NCBI GenBank assembly: GCA_963709855.1
Contig: CAVPXX010000012.1
Span: 18,269 to 50,268, forward strand
DNA from: an uncultured Alphaproteobacteria bacterium
GTDB taxonomy: Bacteria > Pseudomonadota > Alphaproteobacteria > Rhizobiales > Xanthobacteraceae
Length of the DNA stretch: 32,000 nucleotides
Reading direction: 5' to 3'
Below are positions 25,008 to 32,000 of the stretch, one piece after another; the first letter of the stretch is position 1, and each line of letters begins with the position of its first letter. The notes under the pieces were generated by a model. The model saw only the letters and a program-made list of their open reading frames with translations, did no database searches and was not told the DNA's origin. The position numbers and the translations under genes are program-made.

Positions 25008-25901
25008 TCACCCAGGCCGGTCGAGATTTGCAAGTTCGAGAACCCGGCGGGCGCGCTGGGCCATCGCGTAGTCCACCAGTTTTCCTTCAACGACGATTGC
25101 GGCGGTGCCCGCCATTTCCGCGGCCGCGAACTCGGCCGCCACCTTTTGATAATAGGCGAGTTCGCCCGCAGGGACGGCATAGGCGCTTTTGACCGGCGCA
25201 ATCTGTTTGGGATGAATGACGGTGCGGCCGATATAGCCAAGGCGCGCCGACAGATGAGAATCCGCGATCAGTCCGAGCTCGTCATTAAGATCACTAAACA
25301 CGCCGTCGAGCGGATGGATATGGCTGCCGGCCGCGCGGGTATCTAACAATACCTTGGAGCGAGCATACAACAGCTCGGTGCCCTCGATTGACCAGGCGCA
25401 ACCAAGGTCGGTTTGCAGATCGCCGTCCCTAGCGCTGCCGAAGCAAGTTGCCCCGACGCGCGGCGAAGTCTTGATAAGGTTGAAGCAATTGTAGACGCCC
25501 AAGGCGTTTTCGATCTGCAGGATAATTTCGGCCGAGCCTTGCTTCATGCCGTGCTGCGATTCATTGCGCTCGATCGCAGTTGCGGTTTGCTGCACGTCCT
25601 CGACGTTTTCCGCCTTGGACAGCAGGATTGCGTCGAGGCCAGGCCGCACCACGGCATCAAGATCGTCGATGAGAAGCCCAGTCGTCGCAGCGTTCACGCG
25701 GACATAAATCAACGCCCGCGATGAAGATCCGGCCGCGGCGTCGATGGTCTTGGCAATCAGGGCCCGGGCCTCGGGCTTCGACGCCACCGGCACCGAATCC
25801 TCAAGGTCGAGAATGACCGCGTCGGCGCCGCTCTCCAACGCCTTGGCCATCACCCGCTCCTTGATCCCCGGAGCAAACAGTGCGGTGCGCACAGGCTTCA
25901 T
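25008..25901 (-). CDS. HpcH/HpaI aldolase / citrate-lyase-beta (CitE)-like acyl-CoA lyase.
   Basis: RTALFAPGIKERVMAKALESGADAVILDLEDSV..., followed by a CitE-like body. ATG 25899-25901 follows GGAG. Confidence 0.82.
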   Translation of the reverse strand: MKPVRTALFAPGIKERVMAKALESGADAVILDLEDSVPVASKPEARALIAKTIDAAAGSSSRALIYVRVNAATTGLLIDDLDAVVRPGLDAILLSKAENVEDVQQTATAIERNESQHGMKQGSAEIILQIENALGVYNCFNLIKTSPRVGATCFGSARDGDLQTDLGCAWSIEGTELLYARSKVLLDTRAAGSHIHPLDGVFSDLNDELGLIADSHLSARLGYIGRTVIHPKQIAPVKSAYAVPAGELAYYQKVAAEFAAAEMAGTAAIVVEGKLVDYAMAQRARRVLELANLDRPG

Positions 25902-25958
25902 GGACGTGATCTCCGAAAAAAAACGTTTTCCGACGGGGGAGCCCGGGCGGTCTGATTA

Positions 25959-25986
25959 GCTATAGACTAACTAGTTAGTCTATAGC
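25959..25986. promoter_or_regulatory. Perfect 28-bp palindrome; candidate TetR operator in the divergent intergenic region.
   Basis: GCTATAGACTAACTAGTTAGTCTATAGC equals its own reverse complement. It lies between the CitE-like start (25901) and the TetR start (26004) and ends 17 nt before the TetR ATG. Confidence 0.6.
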
Positions 25987-26003
25987 AATATCGTTGCAAA
26001 CTT

Positions 26004-26753
26004 ATGGAGAGAGCCCTGGTGAAAAGATCGACCAAGCCCGGCAAGCGGTTGCGGCGCACGGCGGCGCTCTCCAAGCAGCAGATCATCAAGGCCGCTATCG
26101 CAGAATTCGCGCTAAAGGGGCTCGACGGCGCGCGTGTCGACGAAATCGCGCGGCGGTCGGGCATCAACAAGACCCTCCTATATCACCACGTGGGCAACAA
26201 GGACCGCCTGTTCACCGCTGCGCTGGAGGCCACCTACCAGACCATCCGCGAACGTCAGCGCGACTTCGTGGCGCGCCAGATGGATCCCGAGACCGGCGTG
26301 CGCCAGCTCGTGCATCTCCTGATGTCGATTTGGGTCGAACATCCAGAATACGGGAAACTCTTGGCGAGCGAAAATTTTCACGGTGGAAAACATGTCAAAC
26401 GCTCGAAGCTCATCGGTGAAATGTATCAGCAGGTTGTCGACGCCTTGAACGATCTGCTGCAAAGCGGCGTAGCGAAGGGAATTTTCCGGCCTGGCATCGA
26501 TCCCATCGACCTCTATATCTCGATATCCAGCCTGTCCGCCTATTACGTCGCCCATCAACACACGCTTAACGCCCTCTTCCACATCAACGTCATGAACCCG
26601 GACCGGCTGCAGCAGCGTGAGAATCACATTGCCGATATGATTCTGCGCCATGTGCGGTTTAATCCCGACGCTCGGCCGCATGCGACAGATCAAGTCCCGC
26701 AATCCCTGACAGCGAACCCGAAAACCCCACAACAGGCGAGGAATGAATCATGA
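26004..26753 (+). CDS. TetR/AcrR-family transcriptional regulator.
   Basis: The N-terminal HTH is IIKAAIAEFALKGLDGARVDEIARRSGINKTLLYHHVGNKDRLF. The stop overlaps the next gene's start as ATGA. Confidence 0.9.
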   Translation: MERALVKRSTKPGKRLRRTAALSKQQIIKAAIAEFALKGLDGARVDEIARRSGINKTLLYHHVGNKDRLFTAALEATYQTIRERQRDFVARQMDPETGVRQLVHLLMSIWVEHPEYGKLLASENFHGGKHVKRSKLIGEMYQQVVDALNDLLQSGVAKGIFRPGIDPIDLYISISSLSAYYVAHQHTLNALFHINVMNPDRLQQRENHIADMILRHVRFNPDARPHATDQVPQSLTANPKTPQQARNES

Positions 26754-27547
26754 AAATATGGTGGCAGAGCAGCACGCCAATTCATCGGCTGCATGATTAC
26801 AGAACCACGCTGACCGCGCATCTCGACAGCGTCAAACGTCCGGACACCGAAATTCACATCAACGGTGTCGACAATGGTTCCATGGATCTGCACTACAACG
26901 CCATTGTTGCCATGAACAGCTTTGCGCCGGGCGGCGTTCTCAACAAGATGATTCAGGCCGGCGAAAAGGGTTACGATGCCATAGCCATCGGCTGCTTCCT
27001 CGATCCGGCGATGCAGGAAGCTCGCGAAGTGGTGCCAATTCCAGTTTTCGGGCTGGGCGAGACGTCGATGCTGGCGGCCTGCATGTACGGCCACAAGTTT
27101 TCGGGCGTCGCATTCCACGCCAAACAGTCGCAGTATTACGATCGCAAGGCTTTCGAGTACGGGTTGAGCTCCCGCCATATCCCATTTGGCGATCTCGGAA
27201 TCGATTTCAACGAGGTACAAAACGCATTCAGCAGCCCGGGCCAAATGCGGGAGCGTTTCATCAGCGAAGCGCGTCGGCTAGCCGCGCAGGGCGCGGAGGT
27301 GATCCTCGCCGCGTGCGCGACGGTCAACGCGATCATCCGCCGGGAGAACCTCAAGGAAGTCGACGGCGCGCTTATCCTCGACTGCAACGCCGTTCTGCTC
27401 AAAACAACTGAAGCGATGGCGGAACTCAGCCACAGCATCGGCTTGGGCGCCAGTCAACGCCTGCTCTACCAACGGCCGCAGCGCGCTGCACTCACCGATT
27501 GGAAGCGCATCTACAACTTCCGTAGCGAACCGCAACTCAGCGCTTGA
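26750..27547 (+). CDS. Asp/Glu/hydantoin racemase-family protein (PF01177-like).
   Basis: 265-aa ORF with two family-typical Cys boxes: YDAIAIGCFLDP and AEVILAACATVNAI. The family includes racemases, maleate isomerase and arylmalonate decarboxylase, so the reaction is not assignable. Confidence 0.7.
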   Translation: MKIWWQSSTPIHRLHDYRTTLTAHLDSVKRPDTEIHINGVDNGSMDLHYNAIVAMNSFAPGGVLNKMIQAGEKGYDAIAIGCFLDPAMQEAREVVPIPVFGLGETSMLAACMYGHKFSGVAFHAKQSQYYDRKAFEYGLSSRHIPFGDLGIDFNEVQNAFSSPGQMRERFISEARRLAAQGAEVILAACATVNAIIRRENLKEVDGALILDCNAVLLKTTEAMAELSHSIGLGASQRLLYQRPQRAALTDWKRIYNFRSEPQLSA

Positions 27548-27678
27548 TCGTCTGCAACCGAAGAGCCGGTGAAGATCGATTTCAAGTCGACTTTCACCAA
27601 CGATATGCTGCCAAGATGAAGCCCGGCCGAAAGGAAAACCGGGTTTCCAAAAAGGAACGTCGTAATAGGAGGATCCCC

Positions 27679-28653
27679 ATGAATCGCATCGTCACTGCCG
27701 CGTTGGCCGTATTTGGCCTTGTCGCCGTCGCTGCTTCTGCTTCGGCGCAGCCCTATCCCAATCGCACCGTCACCATCATCGTGCCGTACTCGGCCGGCGG
27801 GCCCGTCGACCAGCTTGCCCGCCAGGCGGCAAATTCGCTGTCGGCAAAGCTGCAGCAGAATTTCGTCGTCGAGAACGTCACCGGTGGCAGCACTATCACC
27901 GGCACCAACCGGGTGGCTCACGCCGCACCGGACGGTTACACGTTGCTCGTTCACAATCTACAAATATCCGCCAACGCCACGCTCTACAAAAAACTTCCGT
28001 TCGATACGGAAAAAGACCTGACACCGGTGATGTTCATCTATCGCAATCCACTGGTTCTGGTCGGCCGCAAGACGCTTAGTGCGAATTCGCTCGAAGAACT
28101 AATCGCATTGATGAAGACTCAACGGATGAAGGCAGCGATCCCGGGATTCGGCGCCACAGGCCATCTCGCCACAACGCTATTGTCGCAGGAAGCCAAGGTC
28201 GCCATCGACCTCATTCCATACCGCGGCGGGGCGCCCATGCTGACCGATGTCATGGGAGATCATGTCGATCTTTCTTTCGGTACGCCGCAGCAAGTAGGGC
28301 CATTTGTTGCGGCCGGGAAAATGAAGGCATTTGGCGTTACGCAAGAAAACAAGATGCCGGAATTCCCACAAGCCGACAGCTTTGTTAAAATGTACGGATC
28401 CAAGCTTGAAATTCAGTTTTGGGAGGCGATGTTCGCGCCAGCTGGGACGCCGGACGCCGTGATCAAAACGCTGAATTCGGCACTGGAAGAACTCGTTACC
28501 GACCCAGTGACCATCAAGGTTTGGGCAGCAGAGGGAGTATCCGCCTACCCGAAAGACCAGCGTTCGCCGGAGGCGGGCCGCGCGATCCTTAAGAGTGAGA
28601 TCGCGCGCTGGGGCAAGGTGATCCAGGAGAACAATATCCAAGTCAATCAGTAA
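27679..28653 (+). CDS. Bug/TctC-family periplasmic substrate-binding protein (second copy).
   Basis: ATG 27679 follows AGGAGGA. The signal peptide is MNRIVTAALAVFGLVAVAASASAQ. Family motifs: YPNRTVTIIVPYSAGGPVDQLAR, PDGYTLLV, IPYRGGAPMLTDVMGDHVDL. Confidence 0.88.
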   Translation: MNRIVTAALAVFGLVAVAASASAQPYPNRTVTIIVPYSAGGPVDQLARQAANSLSAKLQQNFVVENVTGGSTITGTNRVAHAAPDGYTLLVHNLQISANATLYKKLPFDTEKDLTPVMFIYRNPLVLVGRKTLSANSLEELIALMKTQRMKAAIPGFGATGHLATTLLSQEAKVAIDLIPYRGGAPMLTDVMGDHVDLSFGTPQQVGPFVAAGKMKAFGVTQENKMPEFPQADSFVKMYGSKLEIQFWEAMFAPAGTPDAVIKTLNSALEELVTDPVTIKVWAAEGVSAYPKDQRSPEAGRAILKSEIARWGKVIQENNIQVNQ

Positions 28654-28816
28654 CAAATAATCAGCCTGGCAGGCGGTGCGGCAGGAAAAGAATGGCTTGA
28701 GCGAGGCTCCAGCTACGCGTCCGCAAAGCCCCGTAGCCGGACCGCAGTCCCCCTCCCCTTGGGGCTGCGAGTTCGGCGATGAACGGACTCCCCAAGTTCG
28801 TTCGGGGAAGGAATTC

Positions 28817-30577
28817 ATGGAACAAACTCAAAGCGTGCAACAAGATCAGAGTGTGGTGACGGATGGCATCCGCATCGATTGGGACGTGCCAATCCCGATG
28901 GATGACGGTGTCATTCTGCGCGCCGACGTCTTCCGGCCGCTCGACGAGGGACGCTATCCCGTCATCATGACTTTGGGGCCTTACACGAAGGGCTTGGCGT
29001 TCCAGGATAGTTTTTACAAGGGTAGTTGGAACAACATGATTGGCGCCTATCCCGAGGTCGCTGAGGGTTCGACCAACAAGTATCAGAACTGGGAGGTTGT
29101 CGATCCCGAAAAGTGGGTGCCCGATGGATATGTCTGCATTCGCGTCGATAGTCGCGGTGCAGGGCACTCGCCAGGCATAATGGAGGTGTGGTCGCCACGC
29201 GAGCGCCAGGACTACTACAATTGTATCGAGTGGGCCGCGGTCCAGCCTTGGAGCAACGGCAAGGTCGGCCTCAACGGCATCTCCTACTACGCGATGAACC
29301 AATGGTACGTCGCTTCACTACGGCCTCCCCATTTGGCGGCGATTTGCGTGTGGGAGGGCGCGGCGGATTATTACCGTGATCTGTCGCGGCACGGCGGTAT
29401 TCTGTCCACGTTCCTCGGAAGCTGGTTCAACCGCACCTTGGTGGAGCGGCAATACGGCTACGGCGAACGCGGCGCGCGAAGCTGGGTCACCGGCGAGCTG
29501 ATCGCGGGGCCGGAGACGCTGCCGGACGACGTACTGGCCAAGAACCGCATCGATCCCGGTCCCGAAGTTCTGAAGCGGCCGTTGGACGGCGATTATTACC
29601 GCGAGCGCTCGCCGAAGTTCGATAAGATTACCGTGCCGGTTCTCTCGGCCGCGAATTGGGGCGGCATGGGGCTGCATCCGCGTGGCAATTTCGAAGGCTA
29701 TCTCGCCGCGGCCTCCAAGCAGAAATGGTTGCAGGTGCACGGCGATTCGCATTTCTCGCCGTTCTACCGCGCCGACGGCGAGGCGCTGCAGAAGCGCTTC
29801 TTTGGCCATTTCCTCAAAGGCGAGAACACTGGCTGGGACAAGCAGCCGCCCGTCCAGCTCCACGTTCGTCACCCCAGCGAGAAGTTTGTGGTTCGCGACG
29901 AGCAGGAATGGCCGTTGGCGCGCACGCAGTGGACTCGCTTTTACCTTGACCCCACCGACCGCGTTCTTGCACGCGAGCCAAAATCCGGCGCAACCATCGA
30001 ATATGAAACCACCGGCGACGGCGTTCGTTTCGTCATGCCGCCGCAGGCGGACGAGGTCGAGATCACCGGGCCGGTGGCGGCCAAGCTCCTCGTTTCTTCG
30101 GACACCACCGATGCCGACCTCTTCCTCGCGCTTCGTCTCTTCAATCCGAACGGCAAGGAGGTTCTATTCGTCGGCTCGAACGATCCGTGTGTACCGATCG
30201 GCCTGGGCTGGCTGCGCGCCTCGCAGCGCAAACTCGATCCGAAACGCAGCCTGCCGTATCGTCCCTATCATCCGCATGATGAAAGCTGGCCGCTCAGGCC
30301 GAACGAGCCGGTAGAACTCGATATCGAGATCTTGCCGACCTCGATCGTAGTGCCGCCGGGCTATCGCCTCGTGCTCAACGTGCGCGGCAATGACTTCGAC
30401 CATGGTTTGGGCGACAAAGGCTTCGCCAATGCCCCCTACCCGATGCGCGGCGTCGGCAACTTGCTGCACAACGACCCGCAGGATCGCCCTGCCGCAATCT
30501 TCGGCGGCCGCAACCGGCTGCACTTTGCGCCGGGAAAAGAGCCCTACCTGCTGCTGCCGATCATCCTGCCTATCTGA
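28817..30577 (+). CDS. CocE/NonD-family alpha/beta hydrolase (X-Pro dipeptidyl-peptidase S15-like).
   Basis: ATG 28817 follows GGGGAAGGAA. The sequence contains DGVILRADVFRP...YPVIMTLGPY, VDSRGAGHSPG and the nucleophile elbow GLNGISYYA, plus a large C-terminal beta domain typical of the family. Confidence 0.82.
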   Translation: MEQTQSVQQDQSVVTDGIRIDWDVPIPMDDGVILRADVFRPLDEGRYPVIMTLGPYTKGLAFQDSFYKGSWNNMIGAYPEVAEGSTNKYQNWEVVDPEKWVPDGYVCIRVDSRGAGHSPGIMEVWSPRERQDYYNCIEWAAVQPWSNGKVGLNGISYYAMNQWYVASLRPPHLAAICVWEGAADYYRDLSRHGGILSTFLGSWFNRTLVERQYGYGERGARSWVTGELIAGPETLPDDVLAKNRIDPGPEVLKRPLDGDYYRERSPKFDKITVPVLSAANWGGMGLHPRGNFEGYLAAASKQKWLQVHGDSHFSPFYRADGEALQKRFFGHFLKGENTGWDKQPPVQLHVRHPSEKFVVRDEQEWPLARTQWTRFYLDPTDRVLAREPKSGATIEYETTGDGVRFVMPPQADEVEITGPVAAKLLVSSDTTDADLFLALRLFNPNGKEVLFVGSNDPCVPIGLGWLRASQRKLDPKRSLPYRPYHPHDESWPLRPNEPVELDIEILPTSIVVPPGYRLVLNVRGNDFDHGLGDKGFANAPYPMRGVGNLLHNDPQDRPAAIFGGRNRLHFAPGKEPYLLLPIILPI

Positions 30578-30610
30578 TGCAGCGCGAGTGCTTGCCGGAA
30601 GGCCGCGCCC

Positions 30611-30640
30611 GTGTCCGTTAATGAACCGAAGGGAACACAC
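30611..30640. repeat. Possible degenerate sixth copy of the second hairpin of the REP-like repeat.
   Basis: gtgtccgttaatgaaccgaagggaacacac resembles aatgtccgctaagtgcccaaaaccggactca of copy 5. It lies just upstream of another PF04392 remnant. Confidence 0.35.
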
Positions 30641-30646
30641 AACGTG

Positions 30647-30665
30647 ATCGGCGTCTGAGGCCGAT
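30647..30665 (+). terminator. Weak hairpin downstream of the CocE/NonD gene.
   Basis: ATCGGC-gtctgag-GCCGAT is a 6-bp stem followed by a moderately T-containing stretch (tgcgtgccatttctc). It is short and lacks a clean U-tract. Confidence 0.25.
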
Positions 30666-30749
30666 TGCGTGCCATTTCTCGCTCGCTACCGGGTCTAAGG
30701 CTGCTATATTTCGTTGATTATAAAGGCTGTGGTCCTTGTGGGGGAGAAC

Positions 30750-31021
30750 ATGAGGCGTCGCGAGTTGATCACGCTTCTCGGCGGTGCGGCAGCGTGCCAT
30801 TCGTCGCGCGCGCGCAGCAGCGGGCGATGCCCAATTTCTCGGACTCGTTTCGTCAGGTCGCCGGCTATGTTGGGCGCATCCTCAAGGGCGCCAAGCCTGC
30901 GGACCTCCCGGTCCAGCAGCCGACCAAGTTCGAGCTGGTCATCAACGTCAAAACCGCCAAGGCGCACGGCCTGGCTGTGCCTGCATCGATGCTTGCTACC
31001 GCCGATGAGGTGATTGAATGA
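30750..31021 (+). pseudogene. PF04392 binding-protein remnant: a signal peptide fused to the last ~57 aa, with a 1-nt deletion.
   Basis: ATG 30750 follows GGGGAG and gives [15 protein letters not shown]. At 30795-30797 the frame breaks: GCG TGC CAT where GCG TGG CCA is expected. The shifted frame continues [12 protein letters not shown], then jumps straight to [57 protein letters not shown]. Confidence 0.7.
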
Positions 31022-31386
31022 GGCACGCCTTCGTGGCGATGGACCATGAGCCGCCCGATGCCATCTTGATGGTCTCGGACTCGCTGACGCTCCTCAATCG
31101 TAAGCGCGTCATTGATTACGCCGCCGAGCATCAGCTGCCGGCAATCTATGAGTTCGACGCACTCCTTCGCGATGGCGGTTTGACGTCTTACGGTGCCGAC
31201 CAGCGCGAATCCTTTAATCGCGCGGCCGCCTTGGTCGACAGCGTATTCAAGGGCGTGAGACCAGGCGATCTACCGGTCGAGCAGCCGACGCGCTACCTAT
31301 TCGTCTTCAATCAGAAAACCGCCAAGGCGATGAATCTTAACGTGCCAAACACGCTGGTTGCGCTTGCCGACGAGGTGATCGAATGA
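31018..31386 (+). pseudogene. C-terminal ~120-aa fragment of a PF04392 binding protein. The reading frame is open but lacks the signal peptide and N-terminal lobe.
   Basis: AAEHQLPAIYEFDALLRDGGLTSYGADQRESFNRAAALVDSVFKGVRPGDLPVEQPTRYLFVFNQKTAKAMNLNVPNTLVALADEVIE. The start overlaps the preceding stop (ATGA at 31018-31021). Confidence 0.6.
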
Positions 31387-32000
31387 CGGATCGCCCGGCA
31401 GCGCATCAAACAGGCGCATCGGACGCCGCGGTGCCGCGGAAGGTCCGCAGCCGCCTGTTCCTGAAATATGCCGGACTGTTCGTTGCCGTGGTTTGCCTGG
31501 CGCTGGTGACCAATGGCGTGTTTGAAATATGGGTTTCCTATCGAGAACATAAAGACGCATTGATCCAGATCCAGCATGAGCAGGCGGAGTCCGCGGCGGC
31601 CAAGATCGGCCAGTTCATCAAGGAAATCGAAAGTCAGGTGGGCTGGACGACGCAATTGCTCTGGTCCGCCGGGACCATCGAACAGCGCCGCTTCGATGCG
31701 CTGCGCCTGTTGCGTCAGGTTCCGGCGATTACCGAGCTTGCGCAGGTCGATGCGAGCGGCAAGGAGCAATTGCGGGTGTCGCGATTGGCGATGGATGTCG
31801 TCGGCAGCGGGCTTGATCTGTCGAAAGAGCCGAAATTCACCGACGCGGTAAAGAACAAGGTCTATTACGGGCCGGTCTATTTTCGTCGCGACTCTGAGCC
31901 CTACATGACGTTGTCGCTGGCCGGCACCCGCCGCGACGCTGGCGTGAGCATCGCGGAAGTAAACCTCAAACTGATTTGGGACGTGGTGTCGAAAATCAAG
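31383..32000 (+). CDS. Membrane sensor protein, N-terminal part (transmembrane helix plus periplasmic sensing domain). Partial: it runs off the right edge.
   Basis: My own translation from ATG 31383 (ATGA overlap with the preceding stop) is open to the window end: MTDRPAAHQTGASDAAVPRKVRSRLFLKYAGLFVAVVCLALVTNGVFEIWVSYREHKDALIQIQHEQAESAAAKIGQFIKEIESQVGWTT...VYYGPVYFRRDSEPYMTLSLAG. It is missing from the track because there is no stop in the window. The output domain is unseen. Confidence 0.7.
   Translation, partial: MTDRPAAHQTGASDAAVPRKVRSRLFLKYAGLFVAVVCLALVTNGVFEIWVSYREHKDALIQIQHEQAESAAAKIGQFIKEIESQVGWTTQLLWSAGTIEQRRFDALRLLRQVPAITELAQVDASGKEQLRVSRLAMDVVGSGLDLSKEPKFTDAVKNKVYYGPVYFRRDSEPYMTLSLAGTRRDAGVSIAEVNLKLIWDVVSKIK

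Noticed and set aside
1-32000. A search by eye for CRISPR arrays, transposases, integrases, toxin-antitoxin pairs, phage genes and rRNA or tRNA genes.
   Set aside because: No spaced direct repeats of CRISPR type, no DDE, tyrosine or serine recombinase motifs, no small adjacent gene pairs of toxin-antitoxin type, and no cloverleaf-compatible sequences were found. The only repeats are the GAF modules, the REP-like hairpins and the PF04392 fragments.

Overview
The window looks like a chromosomal accessory or catabolic region of a high-GC alphaproteobacterium. Bradyrhizobiaceae or Xanthobacteraceae is my guess, inferred from three things: PF04392-type binding proteins ending in ...LLARADEVIE, Bug/TctC-family binding proteins, and multi-GAF proteins carrying QQTATSEVL linkers.

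Layout:
1. 1-4401 (-): one very large gene of at least 8 tandem GAF modules. It runs off the left edge and is interrupted by a single-base frameshift near 3638.
2. 4.6-9 kb: small periplasmic proteins (GlcG/HbpS-like, PEBP), one intact and one truncated PF04392 binding-protein gene, a SAM methyltransferase, and a family of short hairpin repeats.
3. 9-20.6 kb: the most interesting block. A class II aldolase/adducin-like gene lies divergent from ubiX - iclR - ubiD - ubiD - Bug binding protein - PF04909 amidohydrolase - EntE/DhbE-like aryl-acid adenylating enzyme - an old-yellow-enzyme homologue. That last protein has a 4Fe-4S cysteine motif and an unexpected C-terminal fibronectin-III-like domain.
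4. 20.7-21.9 kb (-): a PNPOx-family protein and folE.
5. 22.1-25.9 kb (-): a CitE-like lyase / acyl-CoA dehydrogenase / family III CoA-transferase / MaoC hydratase operon.
6. 26-30.6 kb (+): TetR - Asp/Glu/hydantoin racemase-like - Bug binding protein - CocE/NonD hydrolase, behind a perfect 28-bp palindrome.
7. 30.7-32 kb (+): two decayed PF04392 fragments translationally coupled to the start of a membrane sensor gene that runs off the right edge.

I saw no rRNA, tRNA, CRISPR array, transposase or integrase. All functional calls come from reading the translated ORFs by eye. No database search was run.
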